Origin: Minisyncoccota bacterium
GTDB lineage: Bacteria > Patescibacteriota > Minisyncoccia > Phycocordibacterales > BOKC01
NCBI GenBank assembly: GCA_030583745.1
Contig: CP129473.1
Location: forward strand, 76,551 to 140,550
Length of the DNA: 64,000 bases
Reading direction: 5' to 3'
In this document: positions 1 to 10,402 of the stretch, piece by piece
Position numbering within the stretch: position 1 is the stretch's first letter
Layout of the letters: every line of letters begins with the position of its first letter
Program-made: the position numbers and the translations under genes
Notes under the pieces: generated by a model
Database searches by the model: none
The model's input: only the letters and a program-made list of their open reading frames with translations
Told to the model about the DNA's origin: nothing

Positions 1-1
1 A

Positions 2-1273
2 ATTGGTTATGCCAAAGACAGGTGGCAGGACTTAATAGATTTTTTAAAGAACAAAGGTTTTAAAGAGTCTGAATTGCAGAAAACAGGTCTTGCTAAGAAA
101 ACTGAAGATGGCAAGTTATATGATGTCTTCAGAAATCGAATCATCTTTCCGATTTTTGATAGCGCCGGACGAATAATCGCTTTTTCAGGCAGATTGTTTC
201 CGGAAAAAGAAAATGCGCCAAAATATTTGAATAGTCCGGAGACCGAGTTTTTCAACAAGTCGGAAATTCTCTACGGCTTTGATCGGGCAAAAAACGAAAT
301 TAGGACAAAGAATTATTCAATTTTGGTTGAGGGCCAAATGGATTTGATTTTGTCGCATCAGGCGGGATTTTGTAACACTGTCGCTACCTCCGGAACTGCT
401 TTGACAGAAAAACAACTTCAAAGATTGAAAAGACTTTCGGAAAGAATAATTTTCGCTTATGATGGAGACGCGGCCGGATTCAAGGCAATAGAGCGGGCGG
501 CTAAACTGGCGATTCCTTTTCATATGAATGTCAGAGTTGCCGCTTTGCCGAACGGTGAGGACCCGGCTTCATTTATTGCCAAAGATAAAAACGAATATCT
601 AAAAATCTTGAAAGACTCGCGTCACATAATTGATTTCTATCTTGATAAAATTTTGGAAGCTAAAATGGACAGACGTCGACAAGACCAAGAGATTATGAAA
701 AAAGTTCTGCCATTTTTAAAGCTTTTGCCCTCAAGCATTGAGCAGGCGCGTTTTGTTGCCTCGGTTTCCGAGAGAGTAAACATCCCGGAGGCAGCTGTTT
801 GGAGCGATTTACAAAAGGTTGATCTTGAGCTTGATTCGGTTGAGTCTGAAATCTCGGTTCCGGATAAGTCGTTGACAGATAGAAAATCAAGTATAATGTT
901 GAGACTGGCTGGCATCGCTTTCTGGCTTGATGGCAAAGGACAGAAACCAACCATTTCTGATATTAAAGGCAAGATAGAAGAATTTTCAGATCTGGATTTC
1001 GAGCTTTTTTTAAAGCAGAACGATTCTAAAAAAGACGAGCTTACTTTTGAAGCTGAAGCGTATTTTTCTGATAGAGACGACATTGGAGACATTGTTGAGG
1101 ATTTAATTTTTAATTTGCATGAAGAGGTTTTAAAAAACGCCTTGACCGAGGTCTTTAAAGAAATTCAGCAAGCTGAGAATGGTCGAGATAGAGATAAGGT
1201 TGAGACACTGCTTCTCAAGAGTCAGGATTTGAGCAAAAAAATAAATCAGTTGAAACTGGAAAGACAAAAATAA
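2..1273 (+). CDS. dnaG: DNA primase DnaG (5'-truncated by window edge)
   Basis: The reading frame is open from position 2. The TOPRIM motifs 'EGQMDLI' and 'YDGDAAG' are present, the N-terminal region resembles DnaG ('[22 protein letters not shown]'), and rpoD follows directly in the classic MMS operon order. Confidence 0.9.
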   Translation: MGYAKDRWQDLIDFLKNKGFKESELQKTGLAKKTEDGKLYDVFRNRIIFPIFDSAGRIIAFSGRLFPEKENAPKYLNSPETEFFNKSEILYGFDRAKNEIRTKNYSILVEGQMDLILSHQAGFCNTVATSGTALTEKQLQRLKRLSERIIFAYDGDAAGFKAIERAAKLAIPFHMNVRVAALPNGEDPASFIAKDKNEYLKILKDSRHIIDFYLDKILEAKMDRRRQDQEIMKKVLPFLKLLPSSIEQARFVASVSERVNIPEAAVWSDLQKVDLELDSVESEISVPDKSLTDRKSSIMLRLAGIAFWLDGKGQKPTISDIKGKIEEFSDLDFELFLKQNDSKKDELTFEAEAYFSDRDDIGDIVEDLIFNLHEEVLKNALTEVFKEIQQAENGRDRDKVETLLLKSQDLSKKINQLKLERQK

Positions 1274-1280
1274 AATTTTT

Positions 1281-2528
1281 ATGAAAAGAAAAAAACCCAA
1301 AGCTATTAAAAAGAAAAACCTTCGGAACAAATCTCTGAAAAAGGGCCGAAAGTCGACGAAGGTTAAAAATAAAAAAAAGGTTGCTGTAAAAGCCAAGAAA
1401 TCTTCTATCAGAAAGACACGGGGTGCCCGGGCTCTTTCTCCTAAGACGCAGAAAACCAAGGAGAGTATTGAATCGGCAGTAGAGAAGATTTTGAACAAAG
1501 GCAAAGAAAGAGGTTTTGTTACTTATGATGAAATCTTAAAAGAATTTCCAAATATCGAAAGCGATATAATGCTACTTGACGACCTTTATTCCAAAATTGA
1601 GGTCGCTGGCATTGACCTTTTGGAAGGTGGAAATCTCTTAGAATCCAGCGATGAATTGATGAAGGAGAAGGACATATACAAATCTTCTTTGTCCGCAGAT
1701 TCAATTCAGATGTATTTGAAAGAAATCGGACAATACCCTCTGATCTCCGGTGCTCAAGAAAAAGAATTGGCCCAAAGAATCGTAAAGGGGGACATGGAGG
1801 CAAAAAATATTTTGGCTAGGTCAAACTTGCGTCTTGTAGTCTCAATTGCCAAGAAATATGTTGGCCGAAGTCCTGATTTGACACTTTTGGACTTGATTCA
1901 GGAAGGCAATCTTGGCCTCTTTAAGGCAGTTGATAAATTTGATTGGGAAAAAGGATTTAAGTTTTCAACTTATGCTACTTGGTGGATTAGGCAAGCTATT
2001 ACAAGAGCGCTTGCCGACCAATCACGCACCATTCGTGTTCCGGTTCACATGGTTGAGACAATCGCGAAATATAAGCAAATCGTCCGACGACTGTCGCAGG
2101 ATTTGGGGCGCGACCCGATGCCAGAAGAAGTGGCGATTGAAATGGGAATGGACGTTGACAAAATTCACAACATTACCAAAATTGACCAAGCAACAGTGTC
2201 TTTGGAAAGTCCGGCTGGCCCTGACGATGACGATGGCAAATCCACTCTCGGGGACTTTATCGCTGATGATAAAATTCTTTCTCCGGCTGAAGAAACATCA
2301 AGAAGAATTGTAGCGGATCAAGTCAAAGAAATTCTTTCTGACTTACCACCGAAAGAAAGGCGGATTCTGGAAATGCGCCACGGTTTACTTGACGGTATTA
2401 CCCACACTCTTGAAGAGGTTGGTAGGGAATTTGGTGTGACTCGCGAGAGAATAAGACAAATTGAAGCTAAGGCGCTTGAAAAATTAAGGAATCACCAAAA
2501 GATAGAACGTCTCAAAAATTACCTTTAA
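1281..2528 (+). CDS. rpoD: RNA polymerase sigma-70 factor RpoD
   Basis: Region 2 '[40 protein letters not shown]' and region 4 '[27 protein letters not shown]' are both present. The N-terminus is lysine-rich. Confidence 0.95.
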   Translation: MKRKKPKAIKKKNLRNKSLKKGRKSTKVKNKKKVAVKAKKSSIRKTRGARALSPKTQKTKESIESAVEKILNKGKERGFVTYDEILKEFPNIESDIMLLDDLYSKIEVAGIDLLEGGNLLESSDELMKEKDIYKSSLSADSIQMYLKEIGQYPLISGAQEKELAQRIVKGDMEAKNILARSNLRLVVSIAKKYVGRSPDLTLLDLIQEGNLGLFKAVDKFDWEKGFKFSTYATWWIRQAITRALADQSRTIRVPVHMVETIAKYKQIVRRLSQDLGRDPMPEEVAIEMGMDVDKIHNITKIDQATVSLESPAGPDDDDGKSTLGDFIADDKILSPAEETSRRIVADQVKEILSDLPPKERRILEMRHGLLDGITHTLEEVGREFGVTRERIRQIEAKALEKLRNHQKIERLKNYL

Positions 2529-2571
2529 AAAGGAAAAGCCGACTCAAATGCCGGCTTGTTGATGTTTCGGA

Positions 2572-2883
2572 TCACCCAACCTCTTCTTTAAAGATTTCCC
2601 GTAGTTGTGACTGGATTTTTTTCCGGTCAAGCGACTTAGGGAAAATGATATAGAATTCCTGCCTGCCGCTACTTATGGCCGCGACAATTTTAAACCCGGT
2701 TTCCGTATCAGTTACTTTCATGGAGGGTTGACCTGACCTGTTCCCCTTTCCTGTTAACTCTCCAGTTCTGACACTTACCCCGCCAATCTTTGAGATAGCT
2801 CTCAAAAAGGATTCTAGCCCCCTTAGGATTGTTGAATGTCCGCCGGAATTTACTCCCTTCAGTAATCTTGGTCTAGTTGACAC
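2572..2883 (-). CDS. hypothetical protein (103 aa)
   Basis: A 103-codon ORF in AT-rich DNA lies between the convergent rpoD and the helicase gene. No family was recognised. Confidence 0.35.
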   Translation of the reverse strand: MSTRPRLLKGVNSGGHSTILRGLESFLRAISKIGGVSVRTGELTGKGNRSGQPSMKVTDTETGFKIVAAISSGRQEFYIIFPKSLDRKKIQSQLREIFKEEVG

Positions 2884-2992
2884 TTTAACCTCTCTTTTCT
2901 TTTTACAAGATGGATTATCCTGCAGTCTTTTTTCATAATATCATTTTTCTAAAAAAAGCCAAGAATTGTTTTGTGTTAAAATCTATCAGAAT

Positions 2993-5900
2993 ATGTTTTC
3001 TAAATTCAAGACTTATTATGACAAATTAAATCCTGAACAGAGAAGGGCGGTTGATGCGATTGAGGGGCCGGTTATGGTTATTGCCGGTCCGGGTACTGGC
3101 AAGACCCAGGTTCTAGGATTAAGGATTGCCAATATCTTGCGCAAAACCGATACTCCACCTGATGGTATTTTGGCGCTAACTTTTACCGAATCCGGGGTCT
3201 ATTCAATGCGTGGACGTTTGGTAGAGATAATCGGTGCCGACGCCTATCGAGTCAATATTTTTACTTTTCACAGTTTTTGTAATGAGGTGATAAGAAGTTA
3301 TCCGGATTTTTTTCCAAGGGTTGTCGGTGGCAACACCGCTTCGGAGGTTGAGCAGATTCAGATTTTGGAAGAGATAATTGATAATTCAAATTTTGATAAA
3401 ATCAAACCCTTCGGAAATCCTATTTTTTACATAAAACCAATTCTTTCGGTAATCAGGGAATTGAAAAGAGAAAACATCGGGGTTTCTGATTTTAAAAAAT
3501 CTATTCTTGATTATGAAAAAAGAAACAGGCCAGAGACCCCATCCTCATTAAAAAGAAAGTCAATCGAAGACGAAGATTCAGAACACCTTAGAAAAAACCG
3601 AGAGCTTTGCGAGGTTTATGAGCGTTATGAAAAAGCTCTTCACGAACGCTCGCTTTACGATTATGAAGATATGATACTTGAGGTGGTTCGGGCCTTGGGA
3701 AAAAACAAAAAGCTTTTAGCAGAGCTTCAAGAGCAATATTTGTATATTTTGGCCGATGAACATCAAGATGCTAACCGCGCCCAAAATCGAATTCTGGAAC
3801 TGCTTTTAGGTTTTCATAAATCACCGAATATTTTTATTGTTGGCGATGAGAAGCAGGCGATTTTTCGGTTCCAAGGCGCCTCTTTGGAGAATTTTCTCTA
3901 CTTTAAAGAAATTTATCCTGATGCTTTAATTTTAACTTTGGAAAAAAATTATCGCTCGCCGCAAGGGATTTTGGACGCCTCACATTCTTTGATAGAAAAA
4001 AATTCAGTAAATGATCCAATGTTGCGTCGACGCCTTGTTTCTGTTTCCGACCCGCTTTCAAATAATCCAAAAATTTTTCTGCGAGAGTTTAGCAAGCCAA
4101 TTTTTGAAGAATCGTTTATTGCTGAAGATATATCAAAAAAAATTAAAAGTGGGATTAAACCTTCCTCAATTGGAGTTTTTTACCGAGACAATAATGATGT
4201 TTTTTCGATTGCAAACTCTTTGCAAAAAAAAGGTGTTCCGTTTGAAATATATTCCGGTCAACGTTTGTTTCTAGATGAAAACATTAGAAAAATACTTTCT
4301 TTGCTTCGTGCGATTGACCGTTTTGGTGACGACGAACTTTTGGCCGAAACTCTTTTTATAGATTTTCTAAATATTGATATTTTGGATGTTTTTAAGGTTT
4401 TGGAATATTGCCGGCGAAAAAAAATTAGCTTGCACGACTGTCTCCGTTCTCCAAAAATTTTAGAAAAAATAAATCTGGAAGATCAAAAAAATATTCTGTC
4501 TTTTTATGAATTACTGAAAGACTTGTCCAGAAAGGCTGATAACCAAAATCTAATGGATTTTCTGGAGAACTTGATTGAGCGTTCTGGATATATTAAATTT
4601 GCTTTATCCAACAAAAATTCGTGGGAGGAATTAAATAAGCTCGAAGCTTTCTTTGGGCAGGCCAGAAAATTAGCGCAAAATCATAAAGATGCGAAGTTGT
4701 CCGATCTTGTAAGTTTTTTAAATTTACTAAAACGTTATGATGTCTTTTTAAAGGTCCCAGACTCTTATGGACCGAAAAAGGAAGCTGTAAATTTAATGAC
4801 GGCCCACAGCGCTAAGGGGTTGGAATTTGATTACGTTTATATTACCGGACTTTTTGACGGTCATTGGGGGCATCGTAAAAGGAGGAAGAATTTTAATCTT
4901 CCAATCGATGTCTTTTTAGAAGTCGGACTTGAGGATGAACGCCGGCTTTTCTATGTGGCTTTGACTCGGGCCAAGAGAGAGATCTTTTTGAGCTTTTCCC
5001 GTGAAGACCAAAATCAAAAACTTCGTTTGCCTTCCCAGTTTATTTCGGAAATTAATCCAAAACTAGTCAAGGAAATTAAGACCGCCTCACTTGAATCCGA
5101 ATTCTTGAAAAAAGTTGTTTTGAAAAAGCCGGTGAAAAAGCCCGCAGAGAACGATATTTTTAAAGACGAAGTCTTTTTGGCAAATATGTTTTTTGATCAA
5201 GGGCTTTCGGTCAGTGCTTTGAATAATTATCTAGAATGTCCGTGGAAATATTTTTTTGAAAATCTCCTGCGACTTCCTAAGGCGCCGAACAAAAATCAGA
5301 TGTATGGCACCGCGGTCCATTTGGCTTTTGAAGAATTTTTTAAACGATATCGCAACAATGAAAAACCAAACTCCAAAGACTTAATAGTTTTTTTTGAAAA
5401 TGCCTTAAGAAGACAACCTTTAGATAAAAATGATTACGAAGATGCTTTGAAAAAAGGTAGAAAATCACTTTCAGCTTATTATGATTTTTATAAAAACAGT
5501 TGGCCAAAAAATATCAAGACCGAGTTTACTATAAATGGTGTGATTTTGGGTGAGGTAAAAATTGGTAGTAAAAAAAGGGAATTAGTCCTGCGCGGCAAGC
5601 TTGATAAGCTAGAATTTATTGGGGTGTCTGATAGGGAAGTTAATGTCGTTGATTACAAGACTTCTAAACCAAAGAGTCGTAATGATATACTCGGAAAAAC
5701 CAAACATTCTTCGGGCAATCTTTACCGTCAGCTCGTATTCTACAAACTACTTTTAAATCAATTTGCCGATGGGCGATACAAAATGGTGTCTGGCGAGATT
5801 GACTTTATTGAGCCGAATCAAACCGGTCGTTTCAAGAAAGAGAAGTTTTTTATTGGAGATAATGAAGTCGAAGATTTAGTATCGCTTGCAAAAGAAAAAG

Positions 5901-5998
5901 CGACGGAAATCGCCACTCTTTCTTTTTGGGATAAGACTTGCTCTGACTCACACTGTAAATATTGTCTCTTGAAGAAGTCTGTTGTATCAAGACGCTAG
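2993..5998 (+). CDS. UvrD/PcrA-family DNA helicase fused to a C-terminal RecB-like PD-(D/E)xK nuclease domain with a Cys cluster
   Basis: Walker A 'AGPGTGKTQVL' and helicase motifs 'FTFHSFC', 'ILADEHQD', 'KNYRS' are present. The C-terminus carries 'VVDYKTSKPK' (DxK) and terminal 'CSDSHCKYC'. The likely start is the ATG at 2993; the track offers TTG at 2966. Confidence 0.85.
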   Translation: MFSKFKTYYDKLNPEQRRAVDAIEGPVMVIAGPGTGKTQVLGLRIANILRKTDTPPDGILALTFTESGVYSMRGRLVEIIGADAYRVNIFTFHSFCNEVIRSYPDFFPRVVGGNTASEVEQIQILEEIIDNSNFDKIKPFGNPIFYIKPILSVIRELKRENIGVSDFKKSILDYEKRNRPETPSSLKRKSIEDEDSEHLRKNRELCEVYERYEKALHERSLYDYEDMILEVVRALGKNKKLLAELQEQYLYILADEHQDANRAQNRILELLLGFHKSPNIFIVGDEKQAIFRFQGASLENFLYFKEIYPDALILTLEKNYRSPQGILDASHSLIEKNSVNDPMLRRRLVSVSDPLSNNPKIFLREFSKPIFEESFIAEDISKKIKSGIKPSSIGVFYRDNNDVFSIANSLQKKGVPFEIYSGQRLFLDENIRKILSLLRAIDRFGDDELLAETLFIDFLNIDILDVFKVLEYCRRKKISLHDCLRSPKILEKINLEDQKNILSFYELLKDLSRKADNQNLMDFLENLIERSGYIKFALSNKNSWEELNKLEAFFGQARKLAQNHKDAKLSDLVSFLNLLKRYDVFLKVPDSYGPKKEAVNLMTAHSAKGLEFDYVYITGLFDGHWGHRKRRKNFNLPIDVFLEVGLEDERRLFYVALTRAKREIFLSFSREDQNQKLRLPSQFISEINPKLVKEIKTASLESEFLKKVVLKKPVKKPAENDIFKDEVFLANMFFDQGLSVSALNNYLECPWKYFFENLLRLPKAPNKNQMYGTAVHLAFEEFFKRYRNNEKPNSKDLIVFFENALRRQPLDKNDYEDALKKGRKSLSAYYDFYKNSWPKNIKTEFTINGVILGEVKIGSKKRELVLRGKLDKLEFIGVSDREVNVVDYKTSKPKSRNDILGKTKHSSGNLYRQLVFYKLLLNQFADGRYKMVSGEIDFIEPNQTGRFKKEKFFIGDNEVEDLVSLAKEKATEIATLSFWDKTCSDSHCKYCLLKKSVVSRR

Positions 5999-6682
5999 TT
6001 AGATATTTTTTAGCGCTTCCTCCACGACTTGTTTGGCGCTTTCATAAGGTAGGGCACCCGGAATAACTGCCATCGGTTCATTTTTAGCGTTTACAATCAA
6101 AGTGTAAGGTGTGCCTTGCGCACCGGCATTTGCGGCATTTTGTCTTTCAGCCAAAATCTTTTCTTCAAATTTTCTGCTTTCTTGGCATGTTCTAAATTTT
6201 TCCATATCTAGCCCTACTCCTTTTGCAACAGTTTCTATAGAAGCACTGACAGGAAATCTGGCGTTGTCGTTTTTAGCGGTAAACATAGCATCAATAAATT
6301 TCCAGAACATTTCATTTCCTCCTTGGTCGGCGGCGCATTCCGTAGCATGGGCTTCAGTGACTGATTCGGGTCCCAATATTGCAAAGTGACGATAGACCCA
6401 AGCTACTTTGCCTTCCGGCGCGAAATCAGCCATCAACATTTTCATTGTTTGGTGGAAGGCTCGGCAATAAGGGCATTGGGTATCAGAATACTCGACAAGT
6501 TTTATTGGAGCACTCGGGTTACCAAATATGTGATCACCCTCACTAACGGGGCTCATCTTTTCGAAAGAGGGCTCTTCAGCGTCATTACTTACTCTGTCAC
6601 CATTTCCTCCAAAATATAAAGCTCCGGCTATCAATCCTCCGGCAATGATTATTGCCAAAGGCAGAAAAATTTTATTTTGCAT
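5999..6682 (-). CDS. DsbA-like thiol:disulfide oxidoreductase (thioredoxin fold, membrane-anchored)
   Basis: It has an N-terminal TM segment and a 'CPYC' active site in a DsbA-like context ('LVEYSDTQCPYCRAFH'). Confidence 0.8.
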   Translation of the reverse strand: MQNKIFLPLAIIIAGGLIAGALYFGGNGDRVSNDAEEPSFEKMSPVSEGDHIFGNPSAPIKLVEYSDTQCPYCRAFHQTMKMLMADFAPEGKVAWVYRHFAILGPESVTEAHATECAADQGGNEMFWKFIDAMFTAKNDNARFPVSASIETVAKGVGLDMEKFRTCQESRKFEEKILAERQNAANAGAQGTPYTLIVNAKNEPMAVIPGALPYESAKQVVEEALKNI

Positions 6683-6725
6683 AGTTTTATCTATTTAAAT
6701 TTTAAAAGGTAAACGAATCTTATCA

Positions 6726-6762
6726 TACAAAAAAATAAAGTCCATTTTGGCGTTTTAGCCGT
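6726..6762 (-). terminator. intrinsic terminator after the exonuclease gene
   Basis: On the minus strand a hairpin 'ccattttaaacggctaaaacgccaaaatgg' is followed by a U-run. Confidence 0.5.
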
Positions 6763-7338
6763 TTAAAATGGCAGTGCCCCGGTTGTTCCGTTTTGTTCAG
6801 ATTCTTGCCAGCTTTTAACATCTAGCTTAATTTCCATAATTTTGCCACCCTCGGCAAATTTGAGCTCGCTGTTTTTTAATGCATATTCGTAGATTTCTTT
6901 GGTAATTTTTACATCATCAAGGCAATATTTTTTGACTTTTTCAACCTCACCTTTTTTCCACCACTCGGTAGCTTGCAGTCCAAAACCTGATTTTCTAATT
7001 CCCAACGTACCTTCGGCAATTTGATCAAGCTTCATACGTCTTCCGAAACTTTCTTTTATCTCTTTCAGAATATCCAAACTTTTGATTTTAGTCAGGTCTC
7101 CCGGATAATATTTGTTTAAGAGCGGGATATCAAAGTGGTCGCTGTTAAAGCCGATTAACAGATTGGCACGGCTTAAAATTGGCCACAGTTTGTTAAATTC
7201 TTCTTCTAAAAAAGTTTTATATTCTCCGCTTCGGTAATCGTATATTCCGACGACCGAAATATCCAGCGCCGCCGGGTTTCTTTCGCCGACATCAGAAAAT
7301 ATATTTTTGGTTTCAATATCAAAAACAATCTTGGACAT
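6763..7338 (-). CDS. DnaQ-like (DEDDy) 3'-5' exonuclease
   Basis: Exo motif I 'FDIETKN', motif II 'FNSDHFDIP' and motif III 'YCLDDV' (Y-x3-D) are present. Confidence 0.7.
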   Translation of the reverse strand: MSKIVFDIETKNIFSDVGERNPAALDISVVGIYDYRSGEYKTFLEEEFNKLWPILSRANLLIGFNSDHFDIPLLNKYYPGDLTKIKSLDILKEIKESFGRRMKLDQIAEGTLGIRKSGFGLQATEWWKKGEVEKVKKYCLDDVKITKEIYEYALKNSELKFAEGGKIMEIKLDVKSWQESEQNGTTGALPF

Positions 7339-7353
7339 AAGAATTCGGATTTT

Positions 7354-8646
7354 TTAGCTCAAATTTTTCTTTACAAAATCTGCTATTTCTCCCACGCTTA
7401 AATCTGTTTCCTCTCCGCTTTCAAGATTTTTAACCTTAAATCTGTTTGATTTTATCTCATTTTCTCCGAGGCAGACAATGAAAGGTATTTTCTTTTTAGC
7501 TGCAGTTTTTATCTGGTCACCGGTTTTTTTGGTGGTTAAATCTACTGCTGAATTTATTCCTTGTTTTCTTAAATCTTGGGCAAGTCTATTTGCTTCATCA
7601 GTAAATTTCTGATCAAGTCGGCAAATATAGATTTGAGTCTGACTTCTGTAATCAGGAAGCAGGTTGTGGGTTTCTAGAAAATCAAGCAGGGTTACATCTC
7701 CGGCGCCAAAGCCCACTGCCGGTATGCTTGCCTCACCAAAAATTTGCAGAAGTTCGTCAAATCGTCCGCCACCAAATAGCGATCGGCTGTTTTTAGGATT
7801 GGTATCAAATATTTCAAAAATCGTGCCGGTGTAATAATCAAAACCTCGCATCAGATTTTGATTGAACTCAATGTTTTTGATTCCGAACTTGTATAGTCCG
7901 TCGATTAGTGCGGTCAATTCTTTGATTTCCGGACTTTGTTCCCCGAGTAGATCAATCATTTTTTTATTTGAATCCATGATCTCTATAAATCTTTCAGCTT
8001 TTTCTTGTAGTAGAGTTTCTGCTGCGGTTTTAAATTCGTTTTCCGAAATTTTGTCTCTTTTGTCTATAACTTTTGAGATTTTATATTTTTGTTCAGAATT
8101 AAGGCCGAGTTTTTCAAAAGTCATTTCGGCGACTTTTCTGTTATTGATGATTATTTTGAAATCCTCATCTTTGGCGCCAAGGTTTTTTAGAAGTGAGTAG
8201 GCCAGTATTAAAATTTCCAAATCGGCCTCTCTCGGCTCTCCACCAAAAATATCGACATTTAGTTGGAAGTGTTCTCTCAGGCGACCTCTTTGAGTATTTT
8301 CGTATCGGAAGAGGTTGGGGATTGAGTACCAGCGTAAGGGGAAAGCCAAATCCCTTTTTCTTTTTGCGACCATTCTGGCCAAAGTCGGCGTCATCTCTGG
8401 GCGCAGTGTTACCTCTCTTTCTCCACGGTCTAAAAAAGTATAGGTTTGCTCATTAACTATTTCTTCACCACTTTTGGCGCGATAGAGTTCGGCCGGCTCA
8501 AGAATCGAAGCCCCGTATTCTTCGTAGCCAAAACTTTCTACCGTTTCTCTCATTTTTTGGAAGAGGTATTTCTGAATAAATAAGTCCTCGGGATAAAAAT
8601 CCCGGACCCCTTTGTATGGTTCGGTGTTAACCATTTTTTTGCTCAT
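7354..8646 (-). CDS. hisS: histidyl-tRNA synthetase
   Basis: The protein aligns with HisRS throughout, including 'VRDFYPED' and the class II motifs 'TLRPEMTPTLARMVA' and 'GGGRFD'. Confidence 0.95.
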   Translation of the reverse strand: MSKKMVNTEPYKGVRDFYPEDLFIQKYLFQKMRETVESFGYEEYGASILEPAELYRAKSGEEIVNEQTYTFLDRGEREVTLRPEMTPTLARMVAKRKRDLAFPLRWYSIPNLFRYENTQRGRLREHFQLNVDIFGGEPREADLEILILAYSLLKNLGAKDEDFKIIINNRKVAEMTFEKLGLNSEQKYKISKVIDKRDKISENEFKTAAETLLQEKAERFIEIMDSNKKMIDLLGEQSPEIKELTALIDGLYKFGIKNIEFNQNLMRGFDYYTGTIFEIFDTNPKNSRSLFGGGRFDELLQIFGEASIPAVGFGAGDVTLLDFLETHNLLPDYRSQTQIYICRLDQKFTDEANRLAQDLRKQGINSAVDLTTKKTGDQIKTAAKKKIPFIVCLGENEIKSNRFKVKNLESGEETDLSVGEIADFVKKNLS

Positions 8647-8765
8647 TTGTCGTCTATAATATCACTTTGCCTATTTCCGGCAAATCGTTGATTATTGATT
8701 TATGGTATATAATTGTAGAATGTTTTAGTCATAGTTTTCGTTTTTTATTAGTTTTAATTTTTAAT

Positions 8766-9146
8766 ATGAGTATTATGAACATTGTTTTAAATTGGTTGAT
8801 TTCTGCCGTAATTATTCTGGCAATTGCTTATATTTTGCCGGGTGTTACAGTCGCCACTTTTTGGGTAGCTTTAGTCGTAGCTTTAGTTCTGGGCTTGATA
8901 AATGCTTTTATTAGGCCGATTGTTATTTTATTGACTCTGCCGATTAACATTCTGACTCTTGGGCTCTTTACTTTAGTCATAGACACCATTCTTGTTATCT
9001 TGGCAGCTTGGATTGTTGAGGGCTTTAGTATTGATAGTTTTTGGTGGGCGCTTGTCTTTGCGCTCGTGCTTTGGTTGGTTAATTCTTTTGTTAAAAAGAC
9101 CGCTAAAAATAAAGCCATAAGTTTTAACGACAATTCAGCTAAATAA
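8766..9146 (+). CDS. YvlD/phage-holin-4-like 4-TM membrane protein (DUF360-type)
   Basis: The hydrophobic 4-TM pattern 'WLISAVIILAIAYILPGVTV…FIRPIVILLTLPINILTLGLFTLVID' is present. An internal ATG at 8766 is preferred over the track start at 8667. Confidence 0.65.
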   Translation: MSIMNIVLNWLISAVIILAIAYILPGVTVATFWVALVVALVLGLINAFIRPIVILLTLPINILTLGLFTLVIDTILVILAAWIVEGFSIDSFWWALVFALVLWLVNSFVKKTAKNKAISFNDNSAK

Positions 9147-9555
9147 ATCTTCCCGCCTTAAGGTTTCGGTGGTAAGTATCTCTGTCATTAAATTTGAGTT
9201 TTGAAAGAGCCCCGCTGACGTGTTTACACGCCAGCGGGGCTCGAAGAAAGAGCTTGACAGCTACAGGCCGGCCGAAATTGTCCGGTCGTGCGGATCAATC
9301 CGCACTGTTCTAGACCTGTCTGGTCTTTTCGTTTTCTCTCCACCCCTGTTCTTAAGTCCCCCTTTCTTTTCCTCTCTCTTGCGGTCATTGGGCGGTTTGG
9401 ACTTTGTGCCGTCTTTTGCCTGGTCCACGAGTCGCTCCTTTCTTTTGTCGTCTTGTTTCCATCCTTGAATTTATAATTTAATTTTGGTTGTGTCCAGGAA
9501 AATTTCCACAGTTTTTTTCAACCTCCTATAAATTTTTTGTGATATTATTCATAAT

Positions 9556-9813
9556 ATGGAAGAGGGGACTTTAGAAAATTCTCTGAATTTTAACTTGGGT
9601 TTCCCGAGCTCGAGCTTTGTTGTAAACAGTGATTTCTTGTGGCTCATTTTGTCTGTAGTCTTTTTAGTTTTTCTAGTTTTAAGCTTAATTCTTATTTTCC
9701 ACTGGAATAAATTTGGTTTGCACGCTACTGCCGTTGGTACAGCTGAGATAGTTTATTTTTCTGTTTCTGCTTTTCTTATTCTCGGCGCTGTCGCTTCTAT
9801 CTTGTTGTTTTAG
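9556..9813 (+). CDS. small membrane protein
   Basis: The 85-aa product has two predicted TM segments. It lies directly upstream of the bPH_2 membrane protein. Confidence 0.35.
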   Translation: MEEGTLENSLNFNLGFPSSSFVVNSDFLWLILSVVFLVFLVLSLILIFHWNKFGLHATAVGTAEIVYFSVSAFLILGAVASILLF

Positions 9814-9827
9814 AAAAATGATTAAAT

Positions 9828-10382
9828 ATGTTTAAACTTGATTCAGACGAGAAGGTGGTTTTGGAGCTTCGCAAGCACTGGTTTGTAATTTTTGTCCAGG
9901 GTTTTATCTTGTCTATAATTGCTTTATTGCCCGGCATTTTGGCGTTTGTGGTTTTGAAATTTTTCCCAACTATCAAACAAATTGATTTTGGCGGAAGTCT
10001 GGTCTATCTTTTTTCTTTCGGATATTTTATTTGGCTTCTTATTTTGTGGCTAATATTTTTTCTTGAATGGACCGACTATTATCTAGATGTTTGGTATGTA
10101 ACTCCAACCAGAATTATTGCTATTGAACAAAAAGGCCTTTTTCGGCGAGAAACTATAAACTTGCGCTTTGAAAAAGTTCAAGATGCGACAGTGGAAATCA
10201 GCGGTATCATCCCGACCTTTTTGGGATTTGGTGAAATTCATGTTCAAACTGCCGGCGCTGGACGAGAAATTATACTGAAAGACGCAAAAAATCCTCACGA
10301 GGCGAAGAAGATTATTCTTGACCTCCATTCAAAAATTCTTGAGAAAGAAAGCGGTCATGACCACTTGGTCCGTCATGAATAG
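9828..10382 (+). CDS. bacterial PH-domain (bPH_2/YdbT-like) membrane protein
   Basis: A 2-TM N-terminus is followed by 'YYLDVWYVTPTRIIAIEQKGLFRRETINLRFEKVQD…EIHVQTAG', which matches the bPH_2 pattern. Confidence 0.7.
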   Translation: MFKLDSDEKVVLELRKHWFVIFVQGFILSIIALLPGILAFVVLKFFPTIKQIDFGGSLVYLFSFGYFIWLLILWLIFFLEWTDYYLDVWYVTPTRIIAIEQKGLFRRETINLRFEKVQDATVEISGIIPTFLGFGEIHVQTAGAGREIILKDAKNPHEAKKIILDLHSKILEKESGHDHLVRHE

Positions 10383-10402
10383 TTCCGTTTAGGACTTGAT
10401 TT

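Noticed and set aside
2966-2992. Track start (TTG at 2966) for the helicase, and upstream track starts for the YvlD-like, GreA, TspO and methyltransferase ORFs
   Set aside because: In-frame ATGs with better context (2993, 8766, 46163, 27249, 27825) give conserved N-termini. The upstream extensions look like non-coding read-through.
4011-4274. Internal plus-strand ORF inside the helicase gene, and antisense ORFs 637..1092, 1130..1504 and 1519..1803 inside dnaG/rpoD
   Set aside because: They are out-of-frame or antisense ORFs within well-supported genes.
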